Below are positions 56,019-64,000 of a stretch of 64,000 nucleotides of DNA, piece after piece. Position 1 is the first letter of the stretch. Each line of letters opens with the position of its first letter. The translations under genes were made by a program, and so were the position numbers. The DNA lies in contig JBDTZG010000001.1 of assembly GCA_040005235.1 (NCBI GenBank), positions 64,001-128,000 of the forward strand, given 5' to 3'. This stretch comes from Acidobacteriota bacterium (GTDB taxonomy: Bacteria; Acidobacteriota; Thermoanaerobaculia; Multivoradales; UBA5704). The notes under the pieces were generated by a model. That model was not told the origin of the DNA and made no database searches. It was given only the letters and a program-made list of their open reading frames with translations.

Positions 56019-57965
56019 ATGTCGAAACCCGCCCGATCGAAGCCCGGCACCGGCGCCGCCGCAGCGAGCGCCCGCTCGTCGCGCCTGGCGGTAGCCGCGC
56101 TGGTGGGGCTGCTCGCCCTGCTCGGCGTGCTCCAGTGGCGCTGGATCGGCGAAGTGAGCCGGCTTGAAAGGGAACGCACGCGACGCTCGCTCTCCGAAGC
56201 GGGGGAGGGGCTGGTCGCCGATCTCGATCGCGAGCTGCTACGGGTGTTCTTCTATTTTCAGCTCGGCCCTCACGCGTTGCGGATGCACCTCGATCCGCAG
56301 CTGAATCTGCCGGTCCCGCCGCCTTCGGGAGCCGGTGCCCGCGCGACCGATCCGGCCGATCTCGACACGAGGGTGGCGAGCCAGCTGGCGCTCTGGCGCC
56401 AGAATGCTTTCTATCCGCGCCTGGTGCGCGCCGTGTATCGGGCGAGCGGCCGCCCGGCGGAGCTGTCGCTCTGTTCGACCGTTCCGCCGGTCTGCCGGCC
56501 GGTCCTTTGGCCGCCCGATCTCGCCGCGGCGCGACAGCGGATCGACGCCGGGCTCACCGGGCCGGAGGTCGAGCCGCGCGCGCCGGCCCTTCTGCTGCCC
56601 CTTTCTCTGGCTCCCCATGGCGGACCGCTCGGACCGTTTCCCGGGATGGCGGAGCCTTCGCCCGGCGCGCCGCCCGGAACTCGCCCCGGCGGCACGCCGG
56701 GAACGATCCTGGTAGTGCAGTTCGATGCGAATCTGATGGCTCACGAGATCCTGCCGCAGCTGGCGGAGCGCTATTTTCACCTGACGAAACGGCCGGAGGT
56801 GCGTCTCGCCGTGGTCGGGCCGAACGGGGTCCTCTATCGGTCCGATCCGGGGTTTACGCCGAAATTCGATTCCGGCGACGATCTCTGGCTGCCGATGCTC
56901 GAATTGCGCGGGCCGGTCGAGTTCCACCGCCTGTTGCCCGAGCTGCTGCATGGCGCAAAATTCGAGCTGCCGGTGCCGGGGCACGGGTCGGAGCGTGGGC
57001 CGCAGCACGGCCGAGCTCACCGAGAGCTGCGGCAGGCGTTCCTGTTTCGCAGTCCGGATCCGCCGTCCGGCGCGGCCGGCACCTGGGCGCTCGCGATCTC
57101 CGACCGCGCGGGCTCGCTCGAAGCGGCGGTGGGCCACGTGCGCGCACGCAATATGGGAGTGAGCCTCGCGATCCTCGCTCTGCTCGGGGCGAGCCTGTTC
57201 GTCCTCGCCCGCTCGGCCGCCCGGGCGCACCGGCTCGCCGAGCAGCGGCTCGAATTCGTCGCCGGGGTGACCCACGAGCTGCATACGCCGATCGCGGCGA
57301 TCCGCGCCGCGGCGCAGAACTTGGCCGACGGCGTAGTCGCCGAGCCGGCCAAGGTGCGCGAGTATGGCGGCCTGGTCGATCGCGAAGGGGCCCGGCTGTC
57401 GTCTCTGGTCGCCCAGGCGCTGGAGCTGGCGGGGATCGAGTCGGGCACCCGGGCGTTTGCCCCGGAGGCGCTCGCGGTGGCAGAGGCGATCGATCGCGCG
57501 CTCGAAGACGCCGGCCCGGCGCTCGCCCGCGTGGGACCCCCGGGCATCACCGTGGAGCGCGACGCCGACGCGGAGCGCGCGATCCCTTCGGCGTTCGCCG
57601 ACCGGGCCGCCCTCCGGCTCGCCCTGCGCAACCTGATCGAAAACGCGGCGAAATACGCCGCCTCCGGTGGCTGGGTGGGTATTCGCACCGCCGCCTCGTC
57701 CGGCGCGATCACGATCCGGGTGGAAGATCGCGGCCCCGGGGTGGCGGCCGAGGATCGGCCCCACCTGTTCGAGCCGTTCGTCCGCGGTCGCGCCGCGTCG
57801 AGCGCGGTCGGCTCGGTTTCGGGCGCGGGCCTCGGCCTTACGCTCGCCCGACGGGCGCTCGAAGCGACGGGCGGAACCGTCGAGTTGCGCGAAGGACCGG
57901 GTGGCGTCGGCAGCGCGTTCGAAATCCGGCTGCCGGTGGCCGTTAGGGGAGACCACGAACGATGA
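56019..57965 (+). CDS. sensor histidine kinase
   Basis: Two TMs; VTHELHTPI, NLIENAAKY, DRGPGV, GAGLGL. Confidence 0.93.
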   Translation: MSKPARSKPGTGAAAASARSSRLAVAALVGLLALLGVLQWRWIGEVSRLERERTRRSLSEAGEGLVADLDRELLRVFFYFQLGPHALRMHLDPQLNLPVPPPSGAGARATDPADLDTRVASQLALWRQNAFYPRLVRAVYRASGRPAELSLCSTVPPVCRPVLWPPDLAAARQRIDAGLTGPEVEPRAPALLLPLSLAPHGGPLGPFPGMAEPSPGAPPGTRPGGTPGTILVVQFDANLMAHEILPQLAERYFHLTKRPEVRLAVVGPNGVLYRSDPGFTPKFDSGDDLWLPMLELRGPVEFHRLLPELLHGAKFELPVPGHGSERGPQHGRAHRELRQAFLFRSPDPPSGAAGTWALAISDRAGSLEAAVGHVRARNMGVSLAILALLGASLFVLARSAARAHRLAEQRLEFVAGVTHELHTPIAAIRAAAQNLADGVVAEPAKVREYGGLVDREGARLSSLVAQALELAGIESGTRAFAPEALAVAEAIDRALEDAGPALARVGPPGITVERDADAERAIPSAFADRAALRLALRNLIENAAKYAASGGWVGIRTAASSGAITIRVEDRGPGVAAEDRPHLFEPFVRGRAASSAVGSVSGAGLGLTLARRALEATGGTVELREGPGGVGSAFEIRLPVAVRGDHER

Positions 57966-58666
57966 GCGGCGAGCGCATCCTCCTGGTCGAAGACGAGCCG
58001 AGCCTGCAGCTCACGCTCTCCGATCGACTGAAGAGCGAGGGCTATCGGGTCGAACCGGCGATCACCGGCGACGCCGGAGAGGCGCGAGCTCTCGCCGAAT
58101 CGTTCGACCTGATCATCCTCGACGTCATGCTGCCGGGGAAAAACGGCTTCGACGTCTGCCGAGACCTGCGCCAGCGCGGCCTCGACGTGCCGATCCTGAT
58201 GCTTACCGCCCGCACCCAGGTGGTCGACCGGGTGGTGGGCCTGAAGCTCGGCGCCGACGACTATCTGAGCAAGCCGTTCGAGGCGATCGAGCTGCTCGCG
58301 CGAATCGAGGCGCTGCTCCGGCGGGCGCGGCCGAAAAATGCCTACGGCAACGGCGGGCCGCCCCCGGACACGTTCCGTTTCGGCGACGTCGAGATCGATT
58401 GGAAACGCGCCGAGGTCCGGCGCGAAGGCGTGCCGGTCTCGCTCTCCGCTCTGGAGCTGAAACTACTGCGATATCTGATCGAGCGCCACGGCGAAGTGAT
58501 CGGACGCGACGAGCTGCTCGACCGGGTCTGGGGCTACGACGCCACGGCCCAGACCCGCACGGTCGACGTCCATATCGCGTCGCTGCGCCAGAAGCTCGAA
58601 CCGGTCCCGGCCCATCCGCGTTTTCTCGTCACCGTCCACCGTCTCGGTTACAAGTTCGTGGAGTAG
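57962..58666 (+). CDS. OmpR-family response regulator
   Basis: LVEDE, ILDVMLP, GADDYLSKPF, TRTVDVHIASLRQKL. Confidence 0.95.
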   Translation: MSGERILLVEDEPSLQLTLSDRLKSEGYRVEPAITGDAGEARALAESFDLIILDVMLPGKNGFDVCRDLRQRGLDVPILMLTARTQVVDRVVGLKLGADDYLSKPFEAIELLARIEALLRRARPKNAYGNGGPPPDTFRFGDVEIDWKRAEVRREGVPVSLSALELKLLRYLIERHGEVIGRDELLDRVWGYDATAQTRTVDVHIASLRQKLEPVPAHPRFLVTVHRLGYKFVE

Positions 58667-58804
58667 CCTGAAGAATCTCGCTTTACATCCTTGACGTTAC
58701 CTTTGCGTCCGCTTGAAGACTTGGGGGAGGAGCGCGACCTATCCTGCCCTCACCGTCGGCGCTAACCCGGCCGGCCGCAACGAACTTTCCGAGGAGACTA
58801 AGCC

Positions 58805-59341
58805 ATGAAGCGTTGGATTTTCCTGATCGCCCTCGCCGCTTTGCTCAACCCGATCGCTACGGCCTCCGCCGCCACCCCGGCCGACAAGCCGGTGGTGGAA
58901 AAGAACGTCGTGTTCATCGGCCGCCCCGGCATGGATGGCCACGGCATGCACCGAATGATGTGGAAAGGCGACGGCCCGCCGCCGATCGTCGACATGTTGA
59001 AGACCCAGCTCGACTTGACCGCCGACCAGGAAAGCGCCGCCCGCGACCTCGAAACCACGTTGCGCGAAACGATGAAGCCGCTTCACGATCAGCTCGCTGG
59101 GCTCCAGGCAGACCTCGACAGAGCCCTCGATTCCGGGGCCGATGCCGCGACCGTCGGCAATGCCGCGATCGCCGTCCACAAAATCACGAAGCAGATGGAA
59201 ACCGCCCACCAGGAGTTCCATCAGAGCTTCTCGGACCTGTTGACCGCCGATCAGAAAACGAAATTCGAAGCGTTCCACCAGAGGTTCAAGTTCCGGGTCG
59301 GCGGCCCGGGAATGCTTCCCCCGCCAGGCGACGAGAACTGA
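58805..59341 (+). CDS. Spy/CpxP-family periplasmic protein
   Basis: GAGGAG RBS, signal peptide, two LTxxQ motifs (LDLTADQ, LLTADQ). Confidence 0.85.
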   Translation: MKRWIFLIALAALLNPIATASAATPADKPVVEKNVVFIGRPGMDGHGMHRMMWKGDGPPPIVDMLKTQLDLTADQESAARDLETTLRETMKPLHDQLAGLQADLDRALDSGADAATVGNAAIAVHKITKQMETAHQEFHQSFSDLLTADQKTKFEAFHQRFKFRVGGPGMLPPPGDEN

Positions 59342-59423
59342 TCCCGCCTTGCTCCTGTGACCCAGGAGCGTGAACCCCATAGAGCGCGCCGTCCGGAGCG
59401 AACCCAGGCGGCGCGCTTTCCAC

Positions 59424-61193
59424 TTATGTCTTGGCCGAGATCCGCACGAGCGCCTCCGTCCGATCCGAATGCACCAGTAGGATCAGAAGATCCCCCGCCT
59501 CCGCGATCGCGAGCGCCAAATCCACCCCCGCAAGCTCCGTCCCGCTCGGCCAAATCTCCATCACGCCCAACCGGCGCAGCTCCCCCGCGAGAATCGCCGG
59601 AACCTCGCCCGGTGGCCGGCCGCGGAGCATCGAAGGCATGTCTTTTACGATTACCAGATCCGGCGCGAATTGCACGGCCGCCGCCGCGAGGTCGCGGAGC
59701 GCCTCGTCGTCGCGGTCTCCGGCCTGGCCCAATAGAAGGATGCGGCGCTTCGCGGGGAGGCTAAGGACGAGGGGGCGCAGCGCTTCGAGACCGTGGGGGT
59801 TGTGGGCGTAGTCGAGCAGGACGGTGGCGCCGTTCCCGAGCGGGATCAGGTTTGCCCGGCCGGGGTTGTCGGCGGGGGAGGTGCCGATCGCGGCCAGACC
59901 CTCGCGCAGGGCGGCGGGGGAGATGCCTAAAGAATCGCCAAGCAGGATCGCGGCGAGGGCGTTCGAGAGGTTGTGCCGCGCGGCGCCGCCGTAGGCGAGG
60001 GGAAAATCCGCGATCCGGATGATCTCGATTCGCTCGGCGGGTTCGGCAAGTTCGGAGCCATGCGCGAGGATGAGCGCGTCGCCTTCGAGGTAGGCGGCGG
60101 TTCCGCCCGAGGTGACGTGCGCGGCGAGCGGCTCGGTCCTTGATTCGAGCGAGAACCAGCCGAGCGTCAACTGGAAGCGCTCCGCGACCGCCCGGCCGCG
60201 GGCCGCCAGCTCGGGATCGTCCCCGTTCAAGACCAGCCGGCTGCCGGGGGTGAGCGTGTGGGCGACCGAGAGCTTCGCCTCCGCGAGGCTCGCCACGTCG
60301 AAGACGCCGTATTCGCCGAGGTGGTCGGCGGCCACGTTGGTCACCGCCGCGGCGGTCGCTCGCGAAAGCGGCACGCCCCGCCGTAGCAGGCCGCCGCGCG
60401 CCAGCTCCAGAACGCCCAGCTCGACCCGGGGATCGCGCAACGCTTTTCGTGTTCCTTCCGGTCCCGAATAGTCGCCGCTCGCGACCTTCTCGCCGCCGAC
60501 CACCACGCCGTCGGTGGAGGAAAGGCCGACCACGAACCCTGCCGCCCGGCCGATGCTCGCGAGCAGACGCACGGTCGTCGTCTTGCCGTTCGTGCCGGTG
60601 ACTACGGCGTGCGGGATGTCGTGGATCTGGGTCCAGTCGACCGGCGGATAGGAAATGGGCTTCCCAACCCTCACCCCCAGCCCCTCTCCTAAGGGGGGTG
60701 AGGACTCCGGTCGCTCGAACGTCCGGCTACCCGTCCCCAACCCGACCGTCACCGCCTTGTCGTCGATCAGAAACGTCACGCCGTGGGCGAGCGCTCCGTC
60801 GCGCAGGGCCACGAGCTGCGGATCGCGCTCGGCGTCAATCGCCTGGCGGAGCGCCTCCCGAATCGGTGCCGGATCCTGTTCCGCCTCTCCCGCCCGCGCC
60901 GTGACCGCCGTGATCGCCGCCACCGCCGCCGTCCAGGCCGCCTCCGCGACGTCGCAGGCGGCGAACAGAGCATCGAACGGCGCGGTGATCGCGAGACTCG
61001 CCCCGCCCGAGAAAGGTCGGACCGAGATCGTTTCATCGGCCCAGCCCAGCGAGTCGAGCAGTCGGCGGACGCGCTCCCGCCAGAGCTTGACGACGTTCTC
61101 TTGCCATGGATCGAAGGACACGTCGATCACCGCTCCCTCGCGGTCGAGCAGGAGACCGGGTCCCGTCAGGCGGCGCGAATCGATAAGCTCCAT
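59424..61193 (-). CDS. CphA-related Mur ligase family protein (no ATP-grasp domain)
   Basis: CphA-type N-terminus DSRRLTGP; VTGTNGKTTT, ARGGLLRRG, TNVAADHLG, PGRAN, DYAHNPHG. Confidence 0.85.
   Translation of the reverse strand: MELIDSRRLTGPGLLLDREGAVIDVSFDPWQENVVKLWRERVRRLLDSLGWADETISVRPFSGGASLAITAPFDALFAACDVAEAAWTAAVAAITAVTARAGEAEQDPAPIREALRQAIDAERDPQLVALRDGALAHGVTFLIDDKAVTVGLGTGSRTFERPESSPPLGEGLGVRVGKPISYPPVDWTQIHDIPHAVVTGTNGKTTTVRLLASIGRAAGFVVGLSSTDGVVVGGEKVASGDYSGPEGTRKALRDPRVELGVLELARGGLLRRGVPLSRATAAAVTNVAADHLGEYGVFDVASLAEAKLSVAHTLTPGSRLVLNGDDPELAARGRAVAERFQLTLGWFSLESRTEPLAAHVTSGGTAAYLEGDALILAHGSELAEPAERIEIIRIADFPLAYGGAARHNLSNALAAILLGDSLGISPAALREGLAAIGTSPADNPGRANLIPLGNGATVLLDYAHNPHGLEALRPLVLSLPAKRRILLLGQAGDRDDEALRDLAAAAVQFAPDLVIVKDMPSMLRGRPPGEVPAILAGELRRLGVMEIWPSGTELAGVDLALAIAEAGDLLILLVHSDRTEALVRISAKT
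60668..60703 (+). repeat. REP-like palindrome inside a CDS
   Basis: CCCTCACCCCCAGCCCCTCTCCTAAGGGGGGTGAGG, translated as SSPPLGEGLGVR in the Mur ligase. Confidence 0.65.
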
Positions 61194-61338
61194 CGGAGCG
61201 CGCAGAGTATCCCGCCGAGGCGCAATCGATCCAGGATCTCGATCGCGGGATTTTTCGGGCACCAAATCGGCGTTGGAAGTGTCTAAGAGGTCATCGTGTG
61301 GAGGGGTGAGGCTCGCCCGCTCGAAGCGAGGAGGTTCG

Positions 61339-61842
61339 ATGATCGACCCGGGAGTTTCCGCGTCGCTGTTCGCCCGCATCCTGCCCATGTCGGCAGGGTC
61401 GGCGCCGGCCGTGCCGACCGGGCCCGACGTAGGCCAGATCTCGGTGGTCGCGACACTCTGCGCGCTGTTTTCGATCGCCCTGATCGTCCGGCCGCGAGAG
61501 GCGACGGTCGACCTCTTCGCCCCCGCCTCCTCGCCGCCGCGCGCCGCCACCTGGGCGGTCACTCTCGGAGTCGCCGTCTCCGCCCTCCACCTATTAGGAG
61601 CCGCGCTGCTCGTCTGCGGCGTCCTCGGAGCCGGAGGCTCCAGCGGAATGCGCGCCGCCGGCTGGCTGATCGTCCCCGGCCTCGCCGGAATGCTCGCCTT
61701 CACCATGCCCTTCGCCAACGCCATCGCCTGGCGCCGAGGCTGGTGGAGCCCCGAATTCCGCCTCTGGTACGCCCTGCTCTCTTTTGCGGCGGTGGTCTTC
61801 GTCGGCTGGCTGGTGCCCTGGTCGATGGCCGGCTTGCGGTAA
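61339..61842 (+). CDS. small membrane protein (3-4 TM)
   Basis: GAGGAGG RBS; WRRGWWS...RLWYALL resembles C-terminal membrane domains of serine hydrolases. Confidence 0.65.
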   Translation: MIDPGVSASLFARILPMSAGSAPAVPTGPDVGQISVVATLCALFSIALIVRPREATVDLFAPASSPPRAATWAVTLGVAVSALHLLGAALLVCGVLGAGGSSGMRAAGWLIVPGLAGMLAFTMPFANAIAWRRGWWSPEFRLWYALLSFAAVVFVGWLVPWSMAGLR

Positions 61843-61915
61843 GCCGTCGGGGTGCCTGCCGCCGCGGTCAGCTGTACCCGTTGGTTTGAGGAACGCCCCC
61901 TCGGTCGCGCTCCCC

Positions 61916-61946
61916 CTGGGACCGCCGGCGTCTCGCCGGCGTTTTT
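61916..61946 (+). repeat. REP-like palindrome / terminator
   Basis: CTGGGACCGCCGGCG-TCT-CGCCGGC-GTTTTT. Confidence 0.6.
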
Positions 61947-62366
61947 CTACTCCGGATTCGTCTCCTGCGTCGGCACCCCGCCTTCGATGCCGCTCGTCAT
62001 ACCCGGGTTCCCGCCGGTCAGCTCACGCAGTGCCTGGTCCAGCTGCTTCTGCTGCGGTGCGGAGATCTGAGGAACCTGAGGAGCGTTGCCGGAACCGGGA
62101 AACATATTCGCGACCGCGCCATGGAGAAGGTAGAAAGCGAAGCCCGCTCCGAGGCAGAGAACGGCGGTGACGAAGAGCGGGCCGAGGAGCGAACGCTCGG
62201 CAGCCGTAGGGCCGGTGGGTGGCAACAGCGGCCCGCCGGCTTCGGCCTGGGCTTCGCGGCGGCAGAGCACGCAGCCGGTCATTTTCGCCGGGTCGTAGTG
62301 GAGCCCGTGCTTCTCGCACTTGGCGAGGGGCGCGCGTTCTCGGGTGTCGGTCGTGGGTTCGGTCAT
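61947..62366 (-). CDS. membrane protein with N-terminal CxxH...CxxC zinc finger
   Basis: CEKHGLHYDPAKMTGCVLC, then a TM. Confidence 0.7.
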   Translation of the reverse strand: MTEPTTDTRERAPLAKCEKHGLHYDPAKMTGCVLCRREAQAEAGGPLLPPTGPTAAERSLLGPLFVTAVLCLGAGFAFYLLHGAVANMFPGSGNAPQVPQISAPQQKQLDQALRELTGGNPGMTSGIEGGVPTQETNPE

Positions 62367-62380
62367 GGCCCGCGGGTCGC

Positions 62381-63664
62381 CTACTGAAAATACCCCACGA
62401 CGTCCAACACCAGATGCACCGTGCCGGAGGACTGCACCGCGCGCAGCGAGAGGGAGCCGGCGGCGAGGGGCAGGATGGCGTTGTTGGTGCGGGTCTGATT
62501 GGTGGAGTAGCTGATCGCGGTGGCGACGGGTAAGGGCGTACCGGTCGGCCAGGCGCGCAGCTCGCCGCTTCGGGTGGGGGAAACGACGCTCAGGTTGAAC
62601 GCGACGGACTCGGCGTCGGCCGGCACGCCGCAGAGGCCGGCGATTTGGAATCCCCGGTTGACGTTCGCGGCGAGCGCCGGGCCTCCGGCGGGGCCGTTGG
62701 CGTTCCGGGTATCGATCGCGCGGCAGGGGGTGACGGCGTGGAAGCGCGAGGCCGAGCGGTGGCAGACGCCGGAGCCCGAGTCGGTGAAGGTGCCGCCAGG
62801 GACCTTGACGAAGCGCCAGTCGTAGCCCGTGCGCCGAAGGGTTAACTCCAACAGGCCGAAGTCGGTCGATTGCGCGGCCTCGCGGTTGGCGTGCGTAGGC
62901 TGGAGCGTGTAGAGGATCTTGCCGCCCGTGCCGACCACGAATTCGCGCAGGCCGTTTGCCGGATCGGCGACTCCCGACGGCCCCTGCGGTGCGAAGCGCT
63001 CGTAGATGTGGTCGTGGCCGTTCAAGATCACGTCGGCATGCGCGTCTTGAAGTGCCTGCCAGAGGGGTTGAGTCATCGCATCGTCGCCGTGCGGCCCGGA
63101 GGAGAATCGGGGGTGGTGCCAGGCGGCGAGCGTGCAGACGCCGGGGTTGGCCGCGAGGTCGGCGCGCAGCCATTGCTCCTGCGGCGAGCCGGCGCCGCAG
63201 CCGCCGATCAGGGCGCAGTTCGAATTGAGCACGATCAGGTGCCAGCTGCCGAGGTCGAAGCTGTACCAGCCCTTGGCCGGATCGCCTGCGGCGGCGCCGA
63301 AGTATTGGTAATAGCCGGCGGCGTTCGGGGTCACGTATTCGTGGTTGCCGGGGACCGGATGGGTGACCGACTTCACCCGCCCCCAGGTCGGATCGTACGA
63401 AGCTTGGAAGTTGGCGAACGAGCCGTCTTCGTACTGCACGTCGCCGAGCGGCAGCACCGCTTCGTAGTGCCCCGCGACCGCGAGGTCCGAAGTCGCCTTC
63501 ATCCGGCAGGCGGCGGCGGTGCCGAGACCGTTGTTGAAGTTCGGGTCGGAGGGGGCGCAAGCGATGTCGCCGACCGCGGCGATCGTCGCGGCGCCCGCCG
63601 AAACGGGTGCAAGGGCGAGCAGCGCGGCGCCAAAGAGCGGGCGAAGGCGCGTTCGCAGGCTCAT
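62381..63664 (-). CDS. secreted metallophosphoesterase (acid/alkaline phosphatase-like) with C-terminal 'PCR..DTR' domain
   Basis: AVGDIAC, LGDVQY, PGNHEY, WHHPRFSSG.HG, GHDHIYERF, VGTGG. Confidence 0.9.
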   Translation of the reverse strand: MSLRTRLRPLFGAALLALAPVSAGAATIAAVGDIACAPSDPNFNNGLGTAAACRMKATSDLAVAGHYEAVLPLGDVQYEDGSFANFQASYDPTWGRVKSVTHPVPGNHEYVTPNAAGYYQYFGAAAGDPAKGWYSFDLGSWHLIVLNSNCALIGGCGAGSPQEQWLRADLAANPGVCTLAAWHHPRFSSGPHGDDAMTQPLWQALQDAHADVILNGHDHIYERFAPQGPSGVADPANGLREFVVGTGGKILYTLQPTHANREAAQSTDFGLLELTLRRTGYDWRFVKVPGGTFTDSGSGVCHRSASRFHAVTPCRAIDTRNANGPAGGPALAANVNRGFQIAGLCGVPADAESVAFNLSVVSPTRSGELRAWPTGTPLPVATAISYSTNQTRTNNAILPLAAGSLSLRAVQSSGTVHLVLDVVGYFQ

Positions 63665-63993
63665 GGCGCGGGCGCGAGAATCGCGAGCACCACTAGGTTC
63701 TCGCCGCCGTCGTTGCGGATGCCGTGTGGCGCGTCCGAAGGGGCGATCAACATGTCGCCCGCGACCATCGGCCGCTCGCCGTCGGCGAGCAAGAACAGCC
63801 CCGACCCGGCGAGCACGTGGTACACCTTGTCCATCCCGGCGTGGGCATGCAGCCGGTGCTCCTGCCCGGGCTGGAACGTGTTCAGGCCGACGAGCAACCG
63901 ATCGGATTGATACAGGGTCGCCTTGCCCATGCGATCGGCCGAAAACTTGGCGTGATCGAGAGGACGGAACACCTCAGGGGGCAAGGGGGCCAT
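63661..63993 (-). CDS. cupin domain protein
   Basis: PGQEHRLHAHAGMDKVYHVLAGSG...PHGIRN. Confidence 0.88.
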   Translation of the reverse strand: MAPLPPEVFRPLDHAKFSADRMGKATLYQSDRLLVGLNTFQPGQEHRLHAHAGMDKVYHVLAGSGLFLLADGERPMVAGDMLIAPSDAPHGIRNDGGENLVVLAILAPAP

Positions 63994-64000
63994 GGTTCCG

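Noticed and set aside
1-64000. tRNA, rRNA, IS elements, prophage genes
   Set aside because: I recognised no cloverleaf or T-loop context, rRNA-like tract, transposase, integrase or phage structural motif.

Overview
This is a high-GC bacterial chromosomal segment. Gene content and lineage-typical secreted protein families suggest Acidobacteriota, probably Thermoanaerobaculia (inference). It holds about 55 CDSs. Housekeeping genes include comM, rpsA, ihfB, lpxB-msbA-DUF374-yicC, ppk2, moaC-namZ, PBP1A and uvrB. It also has two OmpR-type two-component systems, a TonB plus L,D-transpeptidase cluster, peptidases, toxin-antitoxin loci and several REP-like palindromes. I found no rRNA, tRNA, CRISPR, transposase or integrase. 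Most notable: (1) a non-coding phased array of 14 quasi-palindromes (consensus GATAGC-S-GCTATC) at 20-21 bp period at about 31.73-32.01 kb; (2) a CHAT protease-TIR-STAND NTPase (NLR/Avs-like) gene that has lost its N-terminus and TPR sensor; (3) five genes shortened by clean deletions, three of them toxin or defence genes; (4) a protein resembling the selenoprotein N redox domain with SCAN in place of SCUG; (5) a structured tonB leader with alternative anti-SD pairing; (6) a REP palindrome inserted in frame into a CphA-like ligase; (7) many apparently leaderless genes. All product calls come from motif recognition by eye, not from database searches.
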